DNA of 64,000 nt from Gemmatimonadota bacterium (lineage in GTDB: Bacteria; Gemmatimonadota; Gemmatimonadetes; Palauibacterales; Palauibacteraceae). The stretch covers positions 23,403-87,402 of the forward strand of contig JBDHFW010000006.1 in NCBI GenBank assembly GCA_039590175.1. Direction: 5' to 3'. Position 1 is the first letter of the stretch, and each line of letters begins with the position of its first letter. This document shows, one piece after another, positions 8,822 to 18,580 of this stretch. Below the pieces are notes generated by a model. The model saw only the letters and a list, made by a program, of their open reading frames with translations, did no database searches and was not told the origin of the DNA. The translations under genes were made by a program, and so were the position numbers.

Positions 8822-9895
8822 ATGCTGCTCATCAAGCACATCTTCCAGCTGGGAGCTGTCGTCCTCGTCTTTGCCGCGACGTTCTACTTCCTTCTTCCCA
8901 AGACCAGGATCTATCCCAGTTCCTGGACGCCGGCGGTGGCCCCCGCCTACGAGGGAGCCTACGCGCCGAACGATCACCTGGCTTCGATCGAGCGGCTGGG
9001 ATCCGGTGCCGGGATCGGGCCCGAAGACGTGGCGGTGGATGGCCGCGGACGGATCTACGGCGGCATGAGCGACGGCCGCATCGTACGGACGAACCCCGAC
9101 GGCAGCGGCGCGGAGGACTTCGCCGACACGGTGGGAAGACCGCTGGGTCTGGATTTCGACCGCGCCGGTAACCTCATCGTCGCCGACGCGTACCAGGGCC
9201 TCCTGTCGATCGCACCGGACGGAACGATCCGCCGCCTCGCCAGGGGACACGGCGGGCGCCCGTTTCGCCTCACGGACGACGTCGACGTGGCGCCCGACGG
9301 AACGATCTACTTCACCGACGCTTCGGACCGGTTCTACCTGAACGACTACGTTCTCGACCTTCTGGAGCACCAGCCCAACGGCCGCCTTCTCTCGTACGAT
9401 CCGCGCACAGACAGCGTCTCAGCGGTTCTGTACCCGCTCTACTTCGCCAACGGTGTGACGGTGAGCCCGAAGGGAGACTTCGTGCTCGTCGTCGAGACCG
9501 GACGCTACCGCGTCATGCGCCACTGGCTGAAAGGCCCGCGCCGGGGCGAAAGCGAGATCTTCATCGAGAACCTCCCGGGCTTTCCCGATGGGATATCGTC
9601 GGATGGCCGGGGCACCTACTGGTTGGCGCTGATATCGCCGCGGGACCGAACCATCGACTACCTCCTCCCCCGACCGACGGCCCGCAGGCTGCTGGCGCGT
9701 CTGCCGCGCAAGTTGCAGCCGGCGCCGAAGCGTTATTCGTTCGTCCTCGGGCTGGACGGCGACGGGAACGTGGTGCACAACCTCCAGGATCCGAATGGCG
9801 GCTTCGCGCAGATCTCGAGCGTAGAGCGCTACGGCGACGACCTCTATTTCGGGAGCCTCGCCGAGAACGCCATGGGGCGGCTTCCGGCTCCGTAA
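8822..9895 (+). CDS. Strictosidine synthase-like / SMP-30-gluconolactonase-family beta-propeller protein with an N-terminal membrane anchor
   Basis: 357 aa. Signature segments: GPEDVAVDGRGRIYGG, GRPLGLDFDRAGNLIVADAYQGLLSI, APDGTIYFTD, NGVTVSPKGDFVLVVET. Confidence 0.8.
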   Translation: MLLIKHIFQLGAVVLVFAATFYFLLPKTRIYPSSWTPAVAPAYEGAYAPNDHLASIERLGSGAGIGPEDVAVDGRGRIYGGMSDGRIVRTNPDGSGAEDFADTVGRPLGLDFDRAGNLIVADAYQGLLSIAPDGTIRRLARGHGGRPFRLTDDVDVAPDGTIYFTDASDRFYLNDYVLDLLEHQPNGRLLSYDPRTDSVSAVLYPLYFANGVTVSPKGDFVLVVETGRYRVMRHWLKGPRRGESEIFIENLPGFPDGISSDGRGTYWLALISPRDRTIDYLLPRPTARRLLARLPRKLQPAPKRYSFVLGLDGDGNVVHNLQDPNGGFAQISSVERYGDDLYFGSLAENAMGRLPAP

Positions 9896-9991
9896 CCCCT
9901 CTCGAACCCTCCTCCCGCGGTAGCCTGTTGCGCGGGAACCCTTGAGTCGAGGGCGAAACCCTGCCATAACAGTGGGCCACCTGCCACGATC

Positions 9992-11287
9992 GTGGCCCCT
10001 TCAGAACGAGAGGAGCGGTTGAAAGAAAAACGTGCCGTTCGGCTCCGGGAGTACGGGCTGACGATAGGAACCATGGGCTCGAACGCGGCCCAGACCCTCA
10101 TCATCGCCCTGCTTCCCGTGCTCCTCGGTCGATATACGTCCTCGGCCGCCCTGATCGGCGCCGTGATCGGCGCCGAGGGATTGTTGGCGATCCTGGTGCC
10201 GTACTGGATCGGGTACATGAGCGACCACCTCCCCAGCGCCCTGGCCCGCCGGTTCGGGAGGCGCGCACTCTTCCTGTGGATATCCGCGCCGCTGATGACG
10301 GCCACGCTCGTGGCCGTGCCCTTCATCCACGGTTTCTGGCCGCTGGCCGCGGCAGGGATTCTCTTCTTCGCCGCGCTTCAGGGGTTCGTCACTCCGCTCT
10401 GGGCGCTGCTGATCGACGCCGTCCCGGACGAGCGCCGGGCGAGGGTCCAGGGGGTCCGCGGCGCTTTCCAGGCTGTGGGGCTCGCTTTCGGGCTGATCGT
10501 GGGCGGGATCCTGTTCGAGCTCTGGGAGCCGTTGCCGTTCGTGGTGGCCGGTTTCGTCCTACTCCTTTCGACCTGGTTCACGGTGCTCTCCGCACCGAGC
10601 GACCGCCACGCGCAACCGACGCACCCCACGAAGAAGAAGGGGCCTGTTTGGAGACGTCTGCTCAAACGGCCGGAGATTCGCTGGTTCCTCATCGCGAACG
10701 GGCTGTGGAACGGGGCGATCGATGGGATCCGGCCCTACATCTTTCTCTACGCCGGGGCGGTGTTCGGCATCTCGGTGGGTGGCACGTCCGGGCTCCTCGT
10801 CTTCCTGCTCCTGGGCGTCGGCTTCGGGGCCGTGGCGGTGGGCCGGTTGAGCGACGTCATCGGCCGGGCCCGGCTGCTGGGGATCTCCGCCAGCCTCTGC
10901 GGCATCGCGATGCTCGTGGCGTACTTTCCGCGTACTTCGTCCGGCATCATCTGGCTGCTGGCCGTCGCGGGCCTGGCCGCCGCTTCCTTCATCGCCCTGC
11001 CGTTCCCCGTCTTCGCGAAGCTCGCGGGCGACGAGGCGCCGGGCAGGCAGACCGCGCTCTTCATCGTCTCGGTGGGGGTCTCGCGGGTCGTGGCCCCCAT
11101 CGTCATCGGGGCCGTGATCGATCTCGGCGCACGATTCGATCCCGAGCTCAGGGGCTATCCCCTCATGTGGGTCGCCGCGGGTACGATGGCCCTGCTCAGC
11201 GTGCCGGCACTCTTCAAGGCCGTTTCGGCTGCCCGCGCCCACGAGCTAGAAGCCGTTCCGCTCGCTCCAGATCTTCCGGCCGGTTGA
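9992..11287 (+). CDS. MFS transporter
   Basis: 431 aa with about 12 predicted TM helices and the MFS pattern (e.g. GYMSDHLPSALARRFGRR after TM2). The start could be the internal M at 10073. Confidence 0.8.
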   Translation: MAPSEREERLKEKRAVRLREYGLTIGTMGSNAAQTLIIALLPVLLGRYTSSAALIGAVIGAEGLLAILVPYWIGYMSDHLPSALARRFGRRALFLWISAPLMTATLVAVPFIHGFWPLAAAGILFFAALQGFVTPLWALLIDAVPDERRARVQGVRGAFQAVGLAFGLIVGGILFELWEPLPFVVAGFVLLLSTWFTVLSAPSDRHAQPTHPTKKKGPVWRRLLKRPEIRWFLIANGLWNGAIDGIRPYIFLYAGAVFGISVGGTSGLLVFLLLGVGFGAVAVGRLSDVIGRARLLGISASLCGIAMLVAYFPRTSSGIIWLLAVAGLAAASFIALPFPVFAKLAGDEAPGRQTALFIVSVGVSRVVAPIVIGAVIDLGARFDPELRGYPLMWVAAGTMALLSVPALFKAVSAARAHELEAVPLAPDLPAG

Positions 11288-11950
11288 CGTTGATCCGCCT
11301 CCCCACCAGACATGCCGCGCCGACTTTCCGACCCTCGCGGATCATCAGGCCGATCGCCTCCGAGATCTCACGCTCTCCATTCACCGAGGGACGAACCCGG
11401 CGACAGGCGGTGAAGAGGGGCGAGCGGCGGAAGACGTAGAAGCCCGCCGACACGACGCCCCCGCGTCGCTGGACGGCAGTCGGATGCTCGATGATCCGGC
11501 TCACACGCCCGTCCTCGCCGACGGTGCACACTCCCTGCTCCGCGGACTCGGGAGGGAGGCGCTCGACCAGCAACGTCGCATCCAGGCGATCGGTCGCGTG
11601 GCGAAGGAGGACGTGTCCGAGCTCGCCCGCGTACACGTTGTCCCCGTTGATCACGGAGATGACATCGGCTCCCTGCACCAGCGGTTCGGCGGTCAGCAGG
11701 GCGGCGGCCGATCCGGTCGGGACCGGCTGGTCGGCGTATTCCAGAGGGATTCCGGCGAAGCGGTGCCCAAGGCGCGCGATGATCTTCTCTCGGCCCGAGC
11801 CGACGACCAGAACGATGCGCTCGGGCGCAAGTGCGGCCAGCGTCCCCAGGCTCCAGGTGACGAGCGGCTTGCCCGCGACCTCGAGCAGCGGCTTCGGGCA
11901 ATCGTGGGTGAGAGGTCGCAAGCGGCTGCCACGCCCAGCTGCCAGGACGA
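11214..11950 (-). CDS. Sugar-phosphate nucleotidyltransferase (PF00483-like)
   Basis: N-terminus LIGVVLAAGRGSRLRPLTHDCPKPLLEVAGKPL is the nucleotidyltransferase G-x-G-x-R-L motif. The TTG start overlaps the amidase stop (GTTTGA). Confidence 0.7.
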
Positions 11951-11956
11951 CCCCGA

Positions 11957-13372
11957 TCAAACCCCGGGCAGCTCCGGCAGGCCGATCGGGCGCCTCGCCT
12001 GCACACGTGCGGCCAGCCCGAGGACCGCAGCTTCCCCGAAGGGGCGCGCCGCGATCTGAAGGCCGACCGGAAGCCCATCTGGATCCAGCCCGGCCGGCAC
12101 CGACGCCGCCGGGAGCCCGGAGAGGCTCAGGAGGAACGTGGGGGCGATCCAGTCGATGTAGCTCGTCATCTCCCGGCCGCCGATGGTGCTGGGGTAATTC
12201 TCCTCTACCGGGAAGGGCGGCACGGCGGCGCAGGGAGTGAGCAGGGCATCGAAGTGCTCGAAGAACTCCCCCATCCGCTCCCACAACCGGGAACGGGCGC
12301 GCTCGGCGGCTCCGAGCCGCTCGGGCGAACCCTCGAGGCCGGCACGGATGTTACCGGCCAGGTTCTCGCCCAGCAGATCGAGCCGATCAAGCAGTGCCTG
12401 GTGGTGGGCCACCATCCAGTAGCCACGCAGCGTCAGGAACGCCTCGCGGGCGAACGAGAGGTCCAACTCGACCTCCTCCACGCTCACCCCCTCGCCGCTC
12501 AACTCGAACGCGGCGGCCCTGCACGTCTCCTCGACCCGCTCGTCCACTCCGATCGCCGCGATGTCGGGAGAGTAGGCAAGCCGAAGGACGGCGGGGCCCG
12601 AAGCCATGCGCTTCACGGCGTCGAGCAGTCCTGTGGCCGAACCGGGCTGGTTAATCGGCACGCGCGGGCTCGAGCCACCCACCGCTTCCATCATCAGAGC
12701 CACGTCCTCGGCGGTTCGAGCCATGCCTCCGGTGGCCTGGAGCGTGTCCCACAGGTGGTGGCTGGGGTAGGTGGGCACGAAGCCGATCGACGGCCGCAGG
12801 CCGACGACCCCGCAGAAGGCCGCGGGCACACGAAGCGACCCGCCCAGATCCGTACCCTCCGCCAGCGTCACCATGCCGCTCGCCAGCGCGGCTGCTCCGC
12901 CGCCCGTGGAACCGCCCGCACTGCGGGCGGGATCCCAGGGGTTACGAGTGGGCCCGAAAACCGGGTTGAAGGTGTTGGCCCCGGCGGCGAACTCGGGGGT
13001 GTTCGTCTTGCCCAGAACGATCGCGCCGGCCCGCTTGAGCCGCCCCACGACCAGGGCGTCAGCCTCGGCGATGTGGTCGGCGAAGAGCGGCGAGCCGTAC
13101 GTCGTGCGCATCCCCGCAACGGGTGTCACATCCTTGATGCCGACGGGAAGGCCGCAGAGAGGACCTGCCGGCTCCCCGCGAGCCAGGGACGCCTCGGCAT
13201 CGCGGGCCTCGTCCACGGCCCTCTCGTTCACGGTAACGACCGCGTTCAGTCGCTCCCCGTACCCCTCGACCCGTTCGAGGCATGCCTGAACGAGATCGAC
13301 CGGCGAAATCTCCCGCCGGTCGATCCTCCTTCTCAGCTCGCACGCCGACAGATCGGCAATCTCTAGAGCCGC
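11957..13372 (-). CDS. Amidase (amidase-signature family)
   Basis: GLPVGIKDVTPVAGMRTTYGSPLFADHIAEADALVVGRLKRAGAIVLGKTNTPEFAAGANTFNPVFGPTRNPWDPARSAGGSTGGGAAALASG is the AS signature including GGSS-like and the catalytic S. The exact start codon is unresolved; the region just after the ACAD stop at 13378 has no canonical ATG. Confidence 0.8.
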   Translation of the reverse strand, partial: AALEIADLSACELRRRIDRREISPVDLVQACLERVEGYGERLNAVVTVNERAVDEARDAEASLARGEPAGPLCGLPVGIKDVTPVAGMRTTYGSPLFADHIAEADALVVGRLKRAGAIVLGKTNTPEFAAGANTFNPVFGPTRNPWDPARSAGGSTGGGAAALASGMVTLAEGTDLGGSLRVPAAFCGVVGLRPSIGFVPTYPSHHLWDTLQATGGMARTAEDVALMMEAVGGSSPRVPINQPGSATGLLDAVKRMASGPAVLRLAYSPDIAAIGVDERVEETCRAAAFELSGEGVSVEEVELDLSFAREAFLTLRGYWMVAHHQALLDRLDLLGENLAGNIRAGLEGSPERLGAAERARSRLWERMGEFFEHFDALLTPCAAVPPFPVEENYPSTIGGREMTSYIDWIAPTFLLSLSGLPAASVPAGLDPDGLPVGLQIAARPFGEAAVLGLAARVQARRPIGLPELPGV

Positions 13373-13377
13373 CGTCT

Positions 13378-14586
13378 TTACCCCCAGCGCGGCTGCTCGT
13401 CCAGGTCGAGGCCGAGATGTGCCTTGGCCATGATCTCCCTGGTCAGGTGGGCGTTGGCGGGGTGGAGGCGGCCCAGGCGCGCATCGCGGAACAGGCGCTC
13501 GAGATTCGAAGCCGGGAAGATCCCGAACCCTCCCGTCACCTCGAAGGCCTTGTCGACGACGTTCCAGGCGCTCTCGACGGCACAGTACTTGGCGGCCACG
13601 ATCCGCGGACCCCAGGCCGGCCCGTATTCGACTCCGTCCGCGTACTCCTGCGCGACGACATCCAGGTGAGGAGCGATGCGCTCCAGCTCGAGCGCCATGT
13701 CGGCGATGTCGTGCTGCGCCTCGGCATGGTGGACCATGCCGCGCGGCACGGCCAGGGAAGCCTTCCCCTTGAGCTGGGCGACGACGATGTCGAAGACCCG
13801 CTGCGCCAGGCCGAGGTAGATGTTGCCGAAGGCGATCAGCGCCCAAGCGAAGATCCCGAGTACGAAGAGATCGATGCCGCCGAAGCCGGGCGTGACGACA
13901 CGGGCTATGTGCTCGTCTGGCACGAAGACCCCATCCAGGATCGTGTCGTCGGAGCGTGTGGCCCGCATGCCGAGCACGCCGTCCCAGGTCGATTTGTACG
14001 ACGCCCCTTCCGTGTCGCGCGGGAAGAAGGCGTGGACGACCTTGGGGCCGTCGGCCGAGTCCGTGTCCATCCCGTGGATCCCCAGCCAGGTCCAGGCCGG
14101 CCCCATGCTGCCGAAGGACTTGCGGCCCGTAAACCGGTAGCCGCCGTCGACCCGCTCGGCCCGGGTGCTGGAGTAGAGCACGGGGACATCGTTCCCCGTC
14201 TCCGCGTGGCCGGCCGCATAGATCTCACCCTCCGCGGCCCCTTTCAGCAGCCACTCGAGCGAGGTGTCGCCGGACCGCCAGATGTCCGCGATCAGGCCGG
14301 TCCAGTAAAGGTGCATGTTGCTGGCGAGCGCGGTGGCGGGCGCGTAATAGGCCAGCCGGCGCTGCTCCTGGCAGACCTCGGCCAGGTTCATGCCCAGGCC
14401 GCCCAGCTTCGTCGGGACGGCCATCAAGTAGTAGCCGGCTTCATTGAGCTCATCGAAATCTTCCTGGAAAAAGCGGTTCTCCTGATCATAGCCGGGGGCG
14501 CGCTCCCAGAACCGCTCCAGCATATCGTCGGTCAGGACACTGCTGGCCGGCATTTTGGCCATCAGGGGCATCGATCCTCCTTGCAT
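13378..14586 (-). CDS. Acyl-CoA dehydrogenase family protein
   Basis: 402 aa in an ACAD-like three-domain layout. Carries ...YAAGHAETGNDV..., GGFGIFPASNLERLFRDARLGRLHPAN. Confidence 0.75.
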   Translation of the reverse strand: MQGGSMPLMAKMPASSVLTDDMLERFWERAPGYDQENRFFQEDFDELNEAGYYLMAVPTKLGGLGMNLAEVCQEQRRLAYYAPATALASNMHLYWTGLIADIWRSGDTSLEWLLKGAAEGEIYAAGHAETGNDVPVLYSSTRAERVDGGYRFTGRKSFGSMGPAWTWLGIHGMDTDSADGPKVVHAFFPRDTEGASYKSTWDGVLGMRATRSDDTILDGVFVPDEHIARVVTPGFGGIDLFVLGIFAWALIAFGNIYLGLAQRVFDIVVAQLKGKASLAVPRGMVHHAEAQHDIADMALELERIAPHLDVVAQEYADGVEYGPAWGPRIVAAKYCAVESAWNVVDKAFEVTGGFGIFPASNLERLFRDARLGRLHPANAHLTREIMAKAHLGLDLDEQPRWG

Positions 14587-14703
14587 TGCGTGGCGTGTCG
14601 GGAGCGCGGGCGACGGGTCGGCCGCTCCGGTCCGCAGTCAAGACAACTCGTACATATACCAACTACTGAGTGAACCCGCGATCTCGGCGGACACCGCCCG
14701 CGT

Positions 14704-15492
14704 TCACTCTTCCACGAAGGCGATCACGCGGCAGAACGCTGCCTCGCCTCCCTTGAAATTCCACGGAAACACGCCGATCGTCAGACGGCGGTTCTGCAGC
14801 TCCGGCGCGCCGATCTCGCCGCCGAGGTTCTCCGCGTGCATGCATTCGTGCGTGAAGAGTGCGTTGTGGGTCAGCTGGTAGTGCTCCTCCGGGAACAGCT
14901 CGTCGAGCTTCTCCTTCCCTCCGAACTTGCGCTCGCAGAGAGCCCGGACCCGGTCGCAGTGCCCGAACGTACCCTTCCCGAGGAATCGTCCTATGGGGAG
15001 GTTCATCGGATGGTCCGTCGAGACGGCGTCGACCGACCAGATCTTGATCTCCTTCTCGAGCAGCCAGGGGACCATATCGGGGTGGGCGCCCGGATGAAGG
15101 TGGATGTAGCGCTCCTCGTTGGGCGTCTCCCCGAACTGGGCGAACCGGTGCCAGCCAGTGTTCAGCACCAGTAGATCGCCATCCCTGATCTCGACCCGCT
15201 CCTCGATCATCTCGGGCGTGTACGCCCCACAATCGTCCATCTCGTCGCTCAGATCCACGATCACTCCGGGCCCGTAAAGCCACTCGAGCGGGATCTGGTC
15301 GATCGTCATCCCGCCGGTCACGAAATGCCTCGGCGAATCGAGGTGGGTGCCGATGTGGTTCGATGTCATGATGTACTGCGCGTTCACGCCGTGCTCGGAT
15401 TTCCGCTTTATGTACTTGACCTCGAATGGCGGATAATAGGGCCAGAAAGAGACGTCCGCGTTCAGCGGTTGCGACAGGTCGTACAGCTTCAT
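14704..15492 (-). CDS. Cyclase family protein (kynurenine formamidase-like fold)
   Basis: 262 aa. HIGTHLDSPRHF is the cyclase His motif. Also GPGVIVDLS and LLVLNTGWHRF. Confidence 0.8.
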   Translation of the reverse strand: MKLYDLSQPLNADVSFWPYYPPFEVKYIKRKSEHGVNAQYIMTSNHIGTHLDSPRHFVTGGMTIDQIPLEWLYGPGVIVDLSDEMDDCGAYTPEMIEERVEIRDGDLLVLNTGWHRFAQFGETPNEERYIHLHPGAHPDMVPWLLEKEIKIWSVDAVSTDHPMNLPIGRFLGKGTFGHCDRVRALCERKFGGKEKLDELFPEEHYQLTHNALFTHECMHAENLGGEIGAPELQNRRLTIGVFPWNFKGGEAAFCRVIAFVEE

Positions 15493-15563
15493 TCTTCCTC
15501 CTGTATATCGTTGCCTGGTTAGCTGTTACTTATTCGCATCTGAAGTTACATCGTCGCAGGCGT

Positions 15564-16949
15564 CTAGAGTCCCGCGAACAGGTTGTTCAGCGACTCGGCG
15601 AGCGTCGGGTGCGCGAAGATCGCGTCCCGCAGGGCGGTAAACGGCAGATCGCCCATCATCGCGATCTGCATCATCGACATGAGCTCCCCACCCTCCATCC
15701 CGACGACGCCACACCCGAGGATCCGACCGCTCTCCGCGTCCACGATGGCCTTCATGAATCCTCGGCTCTCGTCGGACTCGAGCGCCCGGGCCACATGCGC
15801 CATCGGCATCTTGGCGACGAGGACATCCAGACCCTCGTCGAGCGCCTCTTTCTCGGTGAGGCCCACGCGGCCGAACTGAGGGTCCGTGTACAGAGTGAAC
15901 GGGACCGGCCGTCCCCGCGTCGTCATATCCGCCCCGTCGAGAAGGTTCGCCGCGAGTATCCGGTAGTCGTCGTAGGAGATGTGCGTAAAGGCCGGGCCGC
16001 CGGTCACGTCGCCCATCGCGTAGATGCCCGGCACACTCGTCTCCAGGCGATCATCCACGGGGATATAGCCACGCGAGCCGACCTTAACGCCCGCCTTCTC
16101 GAGTTTCAGGCTCTCGGTGTTCGGGCGGCGTCCCGCGGCCAGCAGAAGGTGCGAGCCCGAAAGGGTGCACGCGCCCTGGCCATCTCGGACGTCGAGCTCG
16201 ATGGTCTCGCCGACAGATCGGACCCCTTCGAGCTTCGAGCCCAGGGAAAGCGCCAGGCCATCCTCTTGCAGGATGCCGGCGATTGCCTCCGAAACGTCTT
16301 CATCCTCGCGGTGGAGGAGACGATCGTTGCGGTCGAGCACCGTCACCCGGGCTCCGAAGCGGCGAAACATCTGGCCGAACTCGAGCCCGATGTAGCCGCC
16401 GCCCACGACGAGGAGGTGCTCCGGCACCTCACCCAGCTCCATGATGCTCGTCGAGTCCAGGTAGTCGATCGACTCCAGCCCCGGGACGCTCGGGATCGCT
16501 GGCCTGAGGCCCGTGTTGATGAAGATCCGATCCACGGCGAGCCGCGCCGGGCGGCCTCCCTGAAGCCGGACGTCCAGCTCATTCGGCGAGGCGAAGCTCG
16601 CCTCGCCCAGAATGAGGTCGAGGCCCGTCGTTCTCTCGAGGCCGCGCCGGTTCCCTTCGCTGAAGCTGTCGGCGATCTGCCGCTTACGCTCGCGCACGAC
16701 CGCCTGGTCGACCGAGACGGGTCCGGTCATCACCCCGTAGTCGGCCGCCCGGCGCGTCAGATACGCGACGCGCGCGCTCGCCACCATTGTCTTCGTGGGC
16801 GAGCAACCCACGTTCACGCAGCTGCCTCCGACGCGGTCGCGCTCGATGATGGCCACCGAACGGCCGGCTCGAGCGAGCGCCTGGGCGAGCGGCTTGCCGC
16901 CCTGCCCCGTGCCGATGACCGCCGCATCGTACCGCTCAGTCTCCGGCAT
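15564..16949 (-). CDS. FAD-dependent pyridine nucleotide-disulfide oxidoreductase (dihydrolipoyl dehydrogenase / mercuric reductase family)
   Basis: YDAAVIGTGQGGKPLAQALARAGRSVAIIER plus GGSCVNVGCSPTK is the redox-active disulfide. A second Rossmann motif LLVVGGGYIGLEFGQMF is present, and the interface domain at the C-terminus. Confidence 0.8.
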   Translation of the reverse strand: MPETERYDAAVIGTGQGGKPLAQALARAGRSVAIIERDRVGGSCVNVGCSPTKTMVASARVAYLTRRAADYGVMTGPVSVDQAVVRERKRQIADSFSEGNRRGLERTTGLDLILGEASFASPNELDVRLQGGRPARLAVDRIFINTGLRPAIPSVPGLESIDYLDSTSIMELGEVPEHLLVVGGGYIGLEFGQMFRRFGARVTVLDRNDRLLHREDEDVSEAIAGILQEDGLALSLGSKLEGVRSVGETIELDVRDGQGACTLSGSHLLLAAGRRPNTESLKLEKAGVKVGSRGYIPVDDRLETSVPGIYAMGDVTGGPAFTHISYDDYRILAANLLDGADMTTRGRPVPFTLYTDPQFGRVGLTEKEALDEGLDVLVAKMPMAHVARALESDESRGFMKAIVDAESGRILGCGVVGMEGGELMSMMQIAMMGDLPFTALRDAIFAHPTLAESLNNLFAGL

Positions 16950-16953
16950 CTCC

Positions 16954-18495
16954 CTACCCCTTCGACACGAACATCCGTTGCACCTCGGGCTTGGTCACCT
17001 TTCCCATCGCGTTCCGCGGCAGCTCGACAACGGTCCGGAGATCGCGGGGCACCTTGTAGGAGGCGAGCCGCTCTCCGGCCCATGCCTTGAGCTCCTCCAG
17101 CAGCTCCCCCGGCTCGCGCTCGTCGGCCGCCACCGGAACGGCGGCCACGCACACGCGCTCACCCCACTCGGGATCCGGCACGCCGACGACCGCGCAGTCC
17201 GAGATCGCCGGGTGGACCCGGAGCACGTTTTCGATCTCGAGAGCCGAGACCTTGTAGCCGCCCGTCTTAATGATGTCCACGGACGTCCGCCCGAGGATCC
17301 GGTAGTAACCGCCCTCGACCGCAGCCTCATCGCCGGTGTCGAACCAGGCATCCTGGTAGGCGGCTCGCGTCTCCTCGAGGTGCTTCCAGTACTCGAGAAA
17401 CAGGCCCGGCCCCCGGACCTGGATCCGTCCCGGCTCTCCTTCTTTGGTGATCCGTTCACCCTCATCGTCGACGAGCCGGACGCTGACGCCGGGCAGCGGC
17501 ACCCCCACGTAGCCCGGTCGCCGCTCGCCGTCCAGGGGATTGGAGATCGCCATGCCGATCTCGGTCATGCCGTATCGCTCGAGCAGCTCGTGGCCCGTGA
17601 TCTCCAACCATTTCTCGAATGTGTGCGTCGGCAGAGCCGCGGAGCCCGAGACCATGAGACGAAGATCAGCGGCTCCCCTCGACAGCGCCGCCCTCTCGCT
17701 CTCCGGCGCGTCCTCCCACTCGGCGATCAGCTTCAAGTAGATGGTCGGCACGGCCATGAAGAGGGTCACCTCTCCCGAGGAGAGGCGCTCCCAGGCGACG
17801 GCAGGATCGAAGCGCGGCAGCATCTCGCAGGTAGCGCCGGACCACAGGGCGCAGAGCAGCGCGTTCACGATCCCGTGCGTGTGGTGAAGCGGCAGCGCAT
17901 GGAGGATCCGGTCCTCGGCGGTCCAGCCCCACGCCTCCACCAGCGTCTCGATCTGGGCCGTGAGGCTGCCGTGCGTGCTCACGACGCCCTTGGGGCGAGC
18001 CGTAGTTCCGCTGGTGTAGAGGATGAGTGCACGCCGGAATGGCTCCACATCGGGGAGCCTGCGGCGTCCTGCAGCGCTCCCTCGCTTGGCCTCCTTGGTG
18101 GGTAGAAGGCGGGCTCCCGTCGCCTCCGCGGCCGGCCCCACGGCCTCTTCGAAGAGGGCATCGCACACGACCCGGCGGGCTCCGCTGTCCCGGATCACGT
18201 GCTCGAGCTCCGGAGCCGGATGGTCCGGACAGAGGGGCACCGCGATGCCACCGGCCCGCCAGATCCCCCACAGGGCCGAAACGTAATCGACGCCCGGCTG
18301 GACCATGAAGGCGACCGGCTCCTCCAGAAGGTCCGGCCGCACGCCCAGCAGAGCATCCGCCACCCTGGCGGAGGCACCCAACAGATCGCCGTACGGGTGG
18401 GCACCGTGACGGTCGACGATGGCGACCCGGCCTTCGAACCTGGTCGCACTCCGCACCATCGCGAGGCTCGAGGCCGTGTAAAGGCTCTCCTTCAT
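16954..18495 (-). CDS. AMP-dependent synthetase/ligase (acyl-CoA synthetase family)
   Basis: ILYTSGTTARPKGVVSTHGS is the AMP-binding motif. YGMTEIG, WFDTGDEA and GRTSVDIIKTGGYKVSALEIE follow. Confidence 0.85.
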   Translation of the reverse strand: MKESLYTASSLAMVRSATRFEGRVAIVDRHGAHPYGDLLGASARVADALLGVRPDLLEEPVAFMVQPGVDYVSALWGIWRAGGIAVPLCPDHPAPELEHVIRDSGARRVVCDALFEEAVGPAAEATGARLLPTKEAKRGSAAGRRRLPDVEPFRRALILYTSGTTARPKGVVSTHGSLTAQIETLVEAWGWTAEDRILHALPLHHTHGIVNALLCALWSGATCEMLPRFDPAVAWERLSSGEVTLFMAVPTIYLKLIAEWEDAPESERAALSRGAADLRLMVSGSAALPTHTFEKWLEITGHELLERYGMTEIGMAISNPLDGERRPGYVGVPLPGVSVRLVDDEGERITKEGEPGRIQVRGPGLFLEYWKHLEETRAAYQDAWFDTGDEAAVEGGYYRILGRTSVDIIKTGGYKVSALEIENVLRVHPAISDCAVVGVPDPEWGERVCVAAVPVAADEREPGELLEELKAWAGERLASYKVPRDLRTVVELPRNAMGKVTKPEVQRMFVSKG

Positions 18496-18580
18496 GGCTT
18501 CTCCCCTCGAGCTCCCCTCAGGCACCCGTCAAACAGCCGACATCAGGCATTCTCATCGAGCTCCTATCCAACCGGCTCGC

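Noticed and set aside
10276-11439. 387-aa plus-strand ORF
   Set aside because: It is an alternate frame across the MFS transporter 3' half and into the nucleotidyltransferase. It is Arg/Gly-rich with no TM or domain pattern.
12254-13366. 370-aa plus-strand ORF
   Set aside because: It is antisense to the amidase gene, whose amidase-signature sequence is clear.
15426-17090. 554-aa plus-strand ORF
   Set aside because: It is antisense to the FAD oxidoreductase and acyl-CoA ligase genes. Its composition is low-complexity and Arg-rich with no recognisable domain, a typical high-GC shadow ORF.
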